Source of the DNA: an uncultured Acidobacteriota bacterium
GTDB taxonomy: Bacteria > Acidobacteriota > JAQAZP01
Reading direction: 5' to 3'
Assembly: GCA_963836075.1 (NCBI GenBank)
Contig: CAWIIB010000001.1
Span: forward strand, 225,002 to 289,001
DNA: 64,000 nt
Shown here: positions 28,930-37,486 of the stretch, piece by piece
Position numbering within the stretch: position 1 is the stretch's first letter
How the letters are laid out: every line of letters starts with the position of its first letter
Position numbers and translations under genes: made by a program
Notes under the pieces: model-generated
What the model saw: the letters and a program-made list of their open reading frames with translations, nothing else
The model's database searches: none
What the model was told of the DNA's origin: nothing

Positions 28930-30639
28930 ATGGCGAAGATGGTCAAGAAAAAGAAAAAGAAGAAGTACGGCGCATCGAGATTCGGCGGCGGTTCGGCCGG
29001 CGGATCGGGGGGCGGCAAATCCGACCTCAGGCCCAAATTCGTGGAGAAGACCCCGCCCTGTACCGACAAGTGCCCGAACAACAACAATATCCGCGAAGCG
29101 CTGCGGGTGGTCGCCTCGTCAGAAAAGCAGGGCCGCACCTACGAGCAGTCGCTGGAAGCCGCCTGGTTCACCTTCACCGAGACCTCGCCCTTTCCCTCCG
29201 TCTGCGGACGGGTCTGTCCCCACCCCTGTGAGGGTGCCTGCAACCGCACCGAAGTTGACGGTGCAGTGGGGATCAACGCCTTCGAGCGCGCCGTGGGCGA
29301 CTACGGCATCGAGCAGGGTCTGAAACTGACCCGGCTCACCGAAGAAAAGAGGGAGGAGAAGGTTGCAGTGGTGGGTGCCGGTCCGGCCGGCATGTCCTGT
29401 GCGTTCCACCTGGCGCGACGCGGATACCCGGTGACCGTCTTCGAGGGTTTTCCCCGGGCCGGCGGCATGCTGCGCTACGGCATCCCTCCCTACCGGCTGC
29501 CCCGCAACATCATCGACGCTGAAGTGGCGAAGATCCTCGAACTGGGGGTCGATTTGAAGTGCGACACCGCGGTGGGCACCGATATCAGCTACGATGAGCT
29601 GAAGAACGATTACAAGGCCGTGTTCATGGGCATCGGGGCCCACAAGGGCCGGCAGCTGCGGGTGGAAGGGGAGGAGGCGGCAAATGTCTGGACGGGCGCC
29701 GACTTCCTGCACCGCCTGAACTCCGGGGAGAAGGTCGAGGTGGGGGACAAGGTGATCGTCATCGGCGGCGGCGACAGCGCCATCGATGCCGCCCGGGCTT
29801 CCAGGCGCCTCGGTGCAGATGTCCGGATCATCTACCGGCGGACCATCGAGGAGATGCCGGCCATATCCCACGAGGTGACCGCGGCCCAGGACGAGGGGAT
29901 CCAGATCGATTTCCTCGCCGCACCCGCGGGCATCCAGCTGGACGACAACGGCAAGGCCGTGGCCATGACCTGCATCCGCATGGAGCTGGGCGAGCCTGAC
30001 GAATCGGGCCGCCGCCGCCCGGTGCCGCAGGAGGGGTCGGAGTTTTCAGTGGAGACCACCACCATCATCGCCGCCATCAGCCAGGAACCGGACTTTGACA
30101 ATCTGGAGTTCCTGCGCGAAGGCCGCGACTGGCTCAAGGTGGACCAGCACCAGAAAATGCTCAAATTCGACGACATCTATGCCGGTGGCGATGCCCTGGA
30201 CCTGGCCACGGTGATCCAGGCCATCGCTCACGGCAAGGAGGCGGCGATCACCATCGACGCCAACCTGCGCGCTGAGGAGCGGCCCCGCGGACCGTGGGCC
30301 GACTATGCGGTGATCAAGCACGAGAAGATGAAACTCAGTTTTTACGAGAAGCTGGAGCGTCACGAAGTGCCTGAGCTGCCGGTGGCGGAGCGGTTCGAAA
30401 ACGGGATGGAGAAGGAGGTGGCGCTGGGGCTGAGCCGCGAGGACGGCATCGAGGAGGCCAAGCGCTGTATGAGCTGCGGCCATTGCATGGACTGTGAGAG
30501 CTGCTGGATGTACTGCACCCCGGCGGCGGTGGTCAAACCGGACCAGCCCGGCGGTGACTACGCCTTCAAGCTGGAACTGTGCGACGGCTGCAAGAAGTGC
30601 GCCGAGGAATGTCCCTGTGGCTACATCGAGATGTTCTGA
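28930..30639 (+). CDS. DsrL-like NAD(P)H oxidoreductase (GltD family plus C-terminal 2x[4Fe-4S] ferredoxin domain)
   Basis: GltD-type N-terminal Fe-S motifs (CTDKCP, CGRVCPHPCEGAC), FAD and NAD(P) Rossmann folds (VAVVGAGPAGMSCA; VIVIGGGDSAIDAA) and an extra C-terminal ferredoxin domain (CMSCGHCMDCESC…CDGCKKCAEEC). The N-terminus has a K8 tract. Confidence 0.65.
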   Translation: MAKMVKKKKKKKYGASRFGGGSAGGSGGGKSDLRPKFVEKTPPCTDKCPNNNNIREALRVVASSEKQGRTYEQSLEAAWFTFTETSPFPSVCGRVCPHPCEGACNRTEVDGAVGINAFERAVGDYGIEQGLKLTRLTEEKREEKVAVVGAGPAGMSCAFHLARRGYPVTVFEGFPRAGGMLRYGIPPYRLPRNIIDAEVAKILELGVDLKCDTAVGTDISYDELKNDYKAVFMGIGAHKGRQLRVEGEEAANVWTGADFLHRLNSGEKVEVGDKVIVIGGGDSAIDAARASRRLGADVRIIYRRTIEEMPAISHEVTAAQDEGIQIDFLAAPAGIQLDDNGKAVAMTCIRMELGEPDESGRRRPVPQEGSEFSVETTTIIAAISQEPDFDNLEFLREGRDWLKVDQHQKMLKFDDIYAGGDALDLATVIQAIAHGKEAAITIDANLRAEERPRGPWADYAVIKHEKMKLSFYEKLERHEVPELPVAERFENGMEKEVALGLSREDGIEEAKRCMSCGHCMDCESCWMYCTPAAVVKPDQPGGDYAFKLELCDGCKKCAEECPCGYIEMF

Positions 30640-30681
30640 CCACGGGTCCCTGAACCCGCAGCCCTGGTGGAGATCTGAGCG

Positions 30682-31179
30682 ATGACCATGCTGGCCAGAG
30701 ACCTGATGGTGGATGAGTACGAGACCATCCGCCCCGAGGCCACCGTTCAGGAAGCGATCCGACTGATGCGTTTCACCCGCCACGGGCAGCAGGGGCGGCG
30801 AATTTTCGGCCTGCTGGTTCTGGACGCCCGGGACAAGCTGGCCGGGATGATCTCGATGAGCGACATCCTGCACCATGTCCGGCCCCCGTTCAAGAAAATG
30901 TGGGCCGACACGGTGGGGCTGGCCTGGAGCGGCCAGTTCCAGGCCGCTTGCGAGCGGGCGAAAAAGATGCAGGTCAAGGAGATCATGAACCCCGCGGTAA
31001 TCACCGTGGAGCCGGAGAGCAACATTGCTGAAATAATCGACCTGATGACCAAGCACCACATTCGCCGGATACCGGTGATCTGCGGTCAGCGGGTCTGCGG
31101 AATGGTCTATATATCCGATGTCTTTCACCGTCTTCACCCGTGCCTGCTGGGCACCACCGGCAAGGCCCGTCAGGGCTGA
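30682..31179 (+). CDS. CBS-domain pair protein (paralog 2)
   Basis: Paralogous to 4225..4710 (ARDLMV…GMISMSDIL…VYISDVFHRL). It lies between the dsrL-like gene and sat. Confidence 0.75.
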   Translation: MTMLARDLMVDEYETIRPEATVQEAIRLMRFTRHGQQGRRIFGLLVLDARDKLAGMISMSDILHHVRPPFKKMWADTVGLAWSGQFQAACERAKKMQVKEIMNPAVITVEPESNIAEIIDLMTKHHIRRIPVICGQRVCGMVYISDVFHRLHPCLLGTTGKARQG

Positions 31180-31303
31180 CCGGGGGCGCCGGCACGGGCG
31201 CTGACATGTCTATCTGTCGAGGATTTCAAGGTCTCTGGGAACGCTGCCTGTGATACGCACAGGCAACACGTGAGTTATTTACTCATCAGTGAGGAGCAAG
31301 TGC

Positions 31304-32488
31304 ATGATCAAGCCCCATGGTTCGGAAAAGCTCAACCCGTTGTACGTGGCGGATGACGCCAAAAGAGCGGAACTGCTGGCCGAAGCTGAAGGACTCCCAA
31401 CGGTGGTGGTCTGTTCGGCCGCGGCGGCCAACGCCGTGATGCTGGGCGGTGGCTACTTCAACCCGCTCACCGGCTACATGAACGCCGCCGATGCGCTGGC
31501 GGTGGCGGACAAGATGGTTACCACCGGCGGCCTCTTCTTCCCGGTGCCGGTGCTCAACATGCTGGAGGACGTCTCGGCCATCCAGGGCGCCAAGCGGATC
31601 GCCCTGCGCGACCCCAACGTTGACGGCAACCCGGTGATCGCCATCCAGGACGTGGAAGCCATCGAGGAGTTCACCGACCAGCAGATGGCGCAGATGACCG
31701 AGAAGATTTTCCGCACCGACGATATGGAGCACCCCGGCGTGGCCGCTTTCAACAGCGTGGGCAAGTTCGCCGTATCCGGTCCGATCCAGGTGCTCAGCTT
31801 CTCCTATTTCGCCACCGAGTTCCCCGAAACATTCCGCACCGCCGTCCAGATCCGCGAGGAGATGGCGGCCCTGGGCTGGGAAAAGATTGTCGCCTTCCAG
31901 ACCCGCAACCCGATGCACCGGGCCCATGAAGAACTGTGCCGGATGGCTTACGAGCAGCTGGACGCCGACGGCATCCTGATCCACATGCTGCTGGGCAAGC
32001 TGAAGAAGGGCGACATTCCCGCCGACGTCCGTGACGCTGCCATCCGCAAGATGGTGGAGATCTACTTCCCGCCCAACACCGTTCTGGTCACCGGCTACGG
32101 GTACGACATGCTCTATGCCGGCCCCCGGGAGGCGGTGCTCCACGCCGTGTTCCGCCAGAACTGCGGCTGCACCCATCTCATCGTCGGCCGGGACCACGCC
32201 GGTGTTGGTTCTTACTACGGCGGTTTCGACGCCCAGGCCATCTTCCACGACGAGGTTCCCGAGGGGGCCCTGGAGCTGCAGGTCTTCGAGGCCGACCACA
32301 CCGCCTACTCCAAGAAACTGAACAAGGTGGTGATGATGCGGGACCATCCGGACCACACCAAGGAAGACTACGTTTTCCTCTCCGGCACCAAGGTCCGCGA
32401 GATGCTTTCCAATGGCGAGGACCTGCCGGGTGAGTTCTCACGTCCCGAAGTGGCCAAGATCCTGATGGCCCATTACATGTCGGAGTAG
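31304..32488 (+). CDS. sat: sulfate adenylyltransferase (ATP sulfurylase)
   Basis: Carries the QTRNPMHRAHEEL and GRDHAGVG ATP-sulfurylase motifs, with a GAGGAG RBS 7 nt upstream of the ATG at 31304. Confidence 0.9.
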   Translation: MIKPHGSEKLNPLYVADDAKRAELLAEAEGLPTVVVCSAAAANAVMLGGGYFNPLTGYMNAADALAVADKMVTTGGLFFPVPVLNMLEDVSAIQGAKRIALRDPNVDGNPVIAIQDVEAIEEFTDQQMAQMTEKIFRTDDMEHPGVAAFNSVGKFAVSGPIQVLSFSYFATEFPETFRTAVQIREEMAALGWEKIVAFQTRNPMHRAHEELCRMAYEQLDADGILIHMLLGKLKKGDIPADVRDAAIRKMVEIYFPPNTVLVTGYGYDMLYAGPREAVLHAVFRQNCGCTHLIVGRDHAGVGSYYGGFDAQAIFHDEVPEGALELQVFEADHTAYSKKLNKVVMMRDHPDHTKEDYVFLSGTKVREMLSNGEDLPGEFSRPEVAKILMAHYMSE

Positions 32489-32520
32489 CAAGGCCGCCAG
32501 GCCTGCGCTTGAGACCCATC

Positions 32521-32562
32521 GAGGGCCCTTCCCCGGAGACCGGGGAAGGGCCCTCGTTTTTA
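32521..32562. terminator. strong bidirectional intrinsic terminator between convergent sat and lpxB
   Basis: 16-bp stem GAGGGCCCTTCCCCGG-aga-CCGGGGAAGGGCCCTC followed by GTTTTTA on the + strand and an A-run on the other side. Confidence 0.8.
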
Positions 32563-33744
32563 TGTACCCGGGGCGCCGGGAGCGGGAGGATTTGACAGCA
32601 GGTCCAGCACCTGCTCCGCGCAGCGGCGGTAGGCCCCGGGGGAGCCGAGGCGCTGGCGCACGTCACGCAGGTCGGAACGGATACCGGCGGCGGTGGCCGG
32701 GTCCAGCAGTCGTGAAAGTTCGGACTCCAGCCGTCGGGGTGTGAGGTCGCCCTGGATCAGTTCCACGGCCACCTGGCGCCGGGCGATAAGGTTGACCATG
32801 GCGAAGTGCTCCAGGCGGACCAGGGCCCGGCCCAGGAGGTAGGTCAGCGGGCTCACCCGGTAGACCACGGTCAGCGGTACCAGGTGGAGCGCCGTTTCCA
32901 GGGTCACGGTGCCCGAGGCCACCAGCGCCGCGTCGGCCGCCCGGAGCACCGTGTAGAGCTCACCTTCACTGCGCAACATCAGCCCGGGAACCGAGCGGTG
33001 AGCCAACAGGCGGTCCATGGCCTGGTCATCCTTCAGGTGCTCGGCCCGCACCAGTACCGGACGCAGGCGGCGCTGGGCCGCAGCCATGGTGACCGCCTCG
33101 AGGATGGTGGGCAGGATGCGGCGCACCTCGTTCTTCCGGCTGCCGGGGAGCAGGGCCACCACCGTGTCACCGGGATCCAGTCCCAGGTCCATCCGGGCCT
33201 GCCGGCGTTCCGCGTCGGTCGGTTCGCTACCCACCACATCCAGCAGCGGGTGGCCGACAAAGACGGTATCGATGCCGCCGGCCCGGAACAGTTCCTCCTC
33301 GAAGGGGAAGATCACCATCATCCGGTCCACCATCCTGGCCAGGGTCTTGATTCTCCCCCGGCGCCAGGCCCAGACCTGGGGACTGATGAAGTAGACCACC
33401 GGTATGCCCAGGCGCCGGGCCTCGCGGCAGAGACGGAAATTGAAATCGGGGAAATCCACGGCGATGAACAGTTGCGGAGGGTCGTCGCGCATGGCGCTCT
33501 TCAACGCCCGGAGGCAGGAAAACACGTCACCGAGGCGGGAGAGCACTTCCACCAGTCCGGCGGTGCCGAAGACTCCCGCACCGGAATGGCTGGGCTGGAG
33601 CCCGGCCTCCACCATGCGGCGGCCGCCCATGCCGCTGAAGCGCACACCGGGGGCGAGGCGGCTGAGCTGGCGCAGCAGGCCGGCGCCGTGCAGGTCACCG
33701 GACGATTCGCCGGCTACGATCATGATGCTGGGCTGCTGGACCAT
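32560..33744 (-). CDS. lpxB: lipid-A-disaccharide synthase
   Basis: N-terminal IMIVAGESSGDLHGA motif. The length and overall similarity match LpxB. Confidence 0.85.
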   Translation of the reverse strand: MVQQPSIMIVAGESSGDLHGAGLLRQLSRLAPGVRFSGMGGRRMVEAGLQPSHSGAGVFGTAGLVEVLSRLGDVFSCLRALKSAMRDDPPQLFIAVDFPDFNFRLCREARRLGIPVVYFISPQVWAWRRGRIKTLARMVDRMMVIFPFEEELFRAGGIDTVFVGHPLLDVVGSEPTDAERRQARMDLGLDPGDTVVALLPGSRKNEVRRILPTILEAVTMAAAQRRLRPVLVRAEHLKDDQAMDRLLAHRSVPGLMLRSEGELYTVLRAADAALVASGTVTLETALHLVPLTVVYRVSPLTYLLGRALVRLEHFAMVNLIARRQVAVELIQGDLTPRRLESELSRLLDPATAAGIRSDLRDVRQRLGSPGAYRRCAEQVLDLLSNPPAPGAPGT

Positions 33745-33767
33745 CGATGCTCCCGTTCCCCGGGCGG

Positions 33768-36173
33768 TCAGGTGCGCAGGGTCAGTATCAGGTAGCCTCC
33801 GCCGATGCCGAAGAATATATTCGGCGCCCAGGCCGCCAGCAGGGGTGGCAGGGCGCCGAGATCACCCAACTGCTGGCTGAAGGCGATAAAGATCCAGTAG
33901 AGGATGCCGAGGCTGATGCTGAGTCCGATGCCGTAGAGGCTGCCCCTCTTTCCCATGTTGAAGGCGAAGGCGATGCCCAACAGGGCCATGACCAGCGGCA
34001 CAACCGGCATGGCCAGCTTGGAGTGCAAATCCACCAGCAGTTCCGGTTCCACCTGGTAGCCGCTGGCCTTCAATTCTTCGATATAGGAACGCAGTTCGCC
34101 CCAGCTCATCTGCTCCGTTTCCTTCCACTCCTTCTTGAAGTAGAGCGGTGGCTCGTGGAAGGGAAAGGACTGGGATTTGAAGGCTTCGTAGGACACCTCC
34201 TCACCCCGGGAAAACTCCTTGGACCAGCCATTCTTCATCACCCAGCAGTCATCGCTGTACACGGCGTGGCGGGCATAGGTCCAGCGCTTGAGCGAGAAAT
34301 CTTCCGGCGAGAACTCAAAGACCGAGAGGCCGGCGATCACCTCGCGGTCGAAGTTGATGTTCTCATAGTTGTAGATCCTGTTCTCTTCCTCGCCGAACAT
34401 CCATTTGCGGATGCGGTAGCGGGAACTCACCGGCCGGCCCTTGATCACGTCCCTCAACCGGTCGTATTCGGCGTTGGAGGTGGGCAGTATCCGCTCCTCG
34501 AGGTAGAAGTTGAAGACCGAGGTGAGGGCCGCCACCATGAATACGGAGAGCGATATGCGGTAGAGGCTGATCCCGCCGCCCTTGATCGCCGTCACCTCGT
34601 TGTGTTTGGAGAAGATGCCGAAGGTGACCAGCGTGCTCACCAGGTTGATGATCAGCAGGACAAAGAAAATGATCTGCGGCAGGTAAAACTGGTAGTAGCC
34701 CAGCACCGTGCCCAGGGGGATCTCGTTCTTGACGATGTGGTCGAACATCTGGAAGAAGTCGACGATGATAAACAGGGAGAGAAAGCCGATGAAGACCATG
34801 AAGAAGACGCGGAAATACTGGGAGAGGATGTAGCGGTCCAGCAGGTTGGGGAAGGGGATGTGGATGCGGTGCGAGTTGTGCTGCCGGCGGTCCGTATCGC
34901 GGAAGGGCAGTGGGAGCTGGCCGGTATCGGGGGTGTCCCGGCGCTCCGGGAGGGCCGTGGTGCCGACCGGGGGCCGGGTTTTGGGGGAGAGCCGCAGCAC
35001 CAGCCACTGCCACAGCTTGATCATCAGTGCCGAGAGGTCGAAGTTGACGTTGCGGCTGCGCAGGTTGAGCAGCAGCAGCCCGGCACAGCCCAGCAAAATG
35101 TTGGGCAACCACATGCCCAGCAGTGGTGGAAGTTTCTCCTGGATCGCCATCGCTTCTCCGGTATCGATCATGATCCAGTAGATGATGATCACACCGATGG
35201 CCATGGCGAATCCCGAGGACTTTCCTCCGCGGGAGTTGGTGATGCCCAGACTGATGCCGATGATCGCCAGGACGATGCAGCTGAAGGGAATGGAAAATTT
35301 CTTGTGGATATTGATCCAGGCGAGGTTGTATCTCGATCGCAACTCCGGGGTGCGGCTCTGCCTGGCAATCTCCAGCAGTTCCATGCTGGTTTTGGCCCGC
35401 AGTTTCGGGTCGTGGACCTGGTCCCGCCGGGTTTTCAAGCGGTTTTCCCGCAGCAGGCCGTCCTTGAGCAGCACCCGCATCTCTCCGAACTTGCTGAACT
35501 GGAACTTTTCCGGATCCTTGGGGTCACTGGAATTTATGGTGCCGTTGAAGAATTTGAGCCACAGCCGGTCCGCCTGGTCGTCGTAGCGCAGCTGGGCCCG
35601 GCGAGCATTGATCAGCCGCCGGCCTTCCTCCACCGACGATTCAGCTAGAAACACACCCTCCCAGTCATGTCCTTCAGTGGTGTAATCGTTGAAATATATG
35701 ACCTTATTAGGAAACTCCTCATAGAATGTGCGTGGTTCAACGGTGCTCGACATGGCCAGTGAGAATATTTCCTCCTCCAGGCGGAGCAGTGTCTTGTTGC
35801 CCCAGGGGAGGAAAAATACCATCAGGTAGAGGGTGAGCAGAAACGCGCCGGTGGCAAAAACCAGGGTGGGGCCCAGAAGCCTCTGCAGGCTGATCCCGGC
35901 GGAGCGGAAAGCGATGATCTCACTGTCGGCGGAGAGCCGGCTGAAGGCAACAATAATCCCCAGCAGCACGGACATGGGAATGGTGAGCACGATGATGTGG
36001 GGCAGATTGAGCAGAAAAAGCTTTGTTACCAGCACCAGGCCCAGATTCCTTTTCAGGGCCAGTTCGGCGATATCAAAGATGATATCCATCACCATGACAA
36101 AGGTGAAAATGAGCAGGCTGATCAGCGTGGGGGGGAACATCTCGCGGATCAGATATTTTCGAATGGTTTTCAT
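33768..36173 (-). CDS. lptFG: LPS export ABC permease, LptF-LptG fusion (two YjgP/YjgQ permease modules in one polypeptide)
   Basis: ~800-aa ORF. Both halves start with the family signature (MKTIRKYLIREMF…; …LDRYILSQYFRVFF…) and each has 6 TM segments plus a periplasmic beta-jellyroll region. Confidence 0.75.
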   Translation of the reverse strand: MKTIRKYLIREMFPPTLISLLIFTFVMVMDIIFDIAELALKRNLGLVLVTKLFLLNLPHIIVLTIPMSVLLGIIVAFSRLSADSEIIAFRSAGISLQRLLGPTLVFATGAFLLTLYLMVFFLPWGNKTLLRLEEEIFSLAMSSTVEPRTFYEEFPNKVIYFNDYTTEGHDWEGVFLAESSVEEGRRLINARRAQLRYDDQADRLWLKFFNGTINSSDPKDPEKFQFSKFGEMRVLLKDGLLRENRLKTRRDQVHDPKLRAKTSMELLEIARQSRTPELRSRYNLAWINIHKKFSIPFSCIVLAIIGISLGITNSRGGKSSGFAMAIGVIIIYWIMIDTGEAMAIQEKLPPLLGMWLPNILLGCAGLLLLNLRSRNVNFDLSALMIKLWQWLVLRLSPKTRPPVGTTALPERRDTPDTGQLPLPFRDTDRRQHNSHRIHIPFPNLLDRYILSQYFRVFFMVFIGFLSLFIIVDFFQMFDHIVKNEIPLGTVLGYYQFYLPQIIFFVLLIINLVSTLVTFGIFSKHNEVTAIKGGGISLYRISLSVFMVAALTSVFNFYLEERILPTSNAEYDRLRDVIKGRPVSSRYRIRKWMFGEEENRIYNYENINFDREVIAGLSVFEFSPEDFSLKRWTYARHAVYSDDCWVMKNGWSKEFSRGEEVSYEAFKSQSFPFHEPPLYFKKEWKETEQMSWGELRSYIEELKASGYQVEPELLVDLHSKLAMPVVPLVMALLGIAFAFNMGKRGSLYGIGLSISLGILYWIFIAFSQQLGDLGALPPLLAAWAPNIFFGIGGGYLILTLRT

Positions 36174-36580
36174 CTGGGATCTGGACCGCAAAACGCTGTT
36201 GCTGGGATTCTGGGACAGCCAGCTGTAATAAGGGAATTCATTTACCTCGAAAAGATAGCACAGTTGACGGACGCCTTCAAGAAGTCAGTTCTACGGAAGT
36301 CCTGTTTTTCCAAAGGGATTGGATTGCTCAATGGGGGGGGGAAGGCCGGCGGCGGGGGATCGCCCGCGGAATCCTTGAGCTTCCGGTCAACTCAAAATAC
36401 ATTACGTCCGATAAGATATATTATGTAAACTAATACGCGCGGCAGTGTACAGTCGTAGAGCCAGACAGCTTACTGCAAGCCCCTATATTTTAGATGGTTG
36501 TCCTTCTTTTGGTGCCCCCAAAAGCGGTTTCGTGGTAGTGACCCGATGCGGTCAGGACCATTGATGAGTTGGGGTGTCGA

Positions 36581-37486
36581 TCAACTGAGGGGCGCTGAAT
36601 CCAATTCGGATGGCAGCGCAGCCGGAAGCGATGCTGCAGCCGAACCGCTATCTTCTTCGCCGTTACCGACCTGGGTTCGCAGTTCCCTGATGATCTCCTC
36701 CAGGCTGTTGATGATCTCTCGGGGATCAACGTCCTTTTTTCTGAAAGACATGTTCAGGGTGAAGGATTTGTTTTGCGGTTGGAACTTGAATGAGAAGTTT
36801 CTCGGGCGTCCGGCCTTTTTTTTGTCCCGGTCGGACTTCAGGCTGTCCCTCTTGGAACCGCCCTTAAGTATTTGTTCAAAGATTTCCCACATATTTTCCG
36901 GTGTTCCGCCTCTAACTATTTGCAATAACAGTCTTTTAGAGGAAATGTCGGCGCTCCGACATGCCGTTCTCAGATCATCGGGCATTTCAGAGATGTTTAT
37001 GGCCTCGGTGATGGTTGAGCGGGACTTTGAAATCATCATGGCCAATTGTTCATGTGAATGGTCATATTTTCGAGCAAGTTCGCGCAGGGCATCACCCTCT
37101 TCAAAGGGGTGCAGATCCTTACGCTGGAGGTTTTCGATCAGGGAGATTTCGACGATCTCGTGATCCTTGAGCTTCATCTCGATACAGGGGATTTCGGTCA
37201 GTCCGGCCAGAATGGATGCTCGGTAGCGCCTCTCCCCCGCTATGATCCTGAACCGTTCTCCAACCGGCTTGACCAGTATTGGTTCCAGCACGCCCTTCTG
37301 CTTGATCGATTTGGAGAGTTCCGCAAGATCACCGAAGTCCTTGCGTGGCTGCTTTGGATTTGGCTCGATAAGATCGGCCTTGATCAGCCGGCCCACAGAT
37401 TTCCCCTTGCCCGTCAACTCCTCCACAAGGTGGGCTGAAGTCCGGATCCGGGTCTTGCTAGGCAGGCCTTTTTTTCTTTTTTCCAC
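36581..37486 (-). CDS. parB: chromosome partitioning protein ParB
   Basis: ParB boxes (IEPNPKQPRKDF; ILVKPVGERFRIIAGERRYRAS) and an HTH. The start is uncertain: a GTG at 37486 overlaps parA by 29 nt. Confidence 0.7.
   Translation of the reverse strand: MEKRKKGLPSKTRIRTSAHLVEELTGKGKSVGRLIKADLIEPNPKQPRKDFGDLAELSKSIKQKGVLEPILVKPVGERFRIIAGERRYRASILAGLTEIPCIEMKLKDHEIVEISLIENLQRKDLHPFEEGDALRELARKYDHSHEQLAMMISKSRSTITEAINISEMPDDLRTACRSADISSKRLLLQIVRGGTPENMWEIFEQILKGGSKRDSLKSDRDKKKAGRPRNFSFKFQPQNKSFTLNMSFRKKDVDPREIINSLEEIIRELRTQVGNGEEDSGSAAASLPAALPSELDSAPLS

Noticed and set aside
31272-31288. GTGAGT-tattt-ACTCAT, considered as an HspR HAIR element (CTTGAGT-N7-ACTCAAG).
   Set aside because: The spacer is 5 rather than 7, and the arms match only partially. 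It is kept only as a generic inverted repeat in the sat leader.
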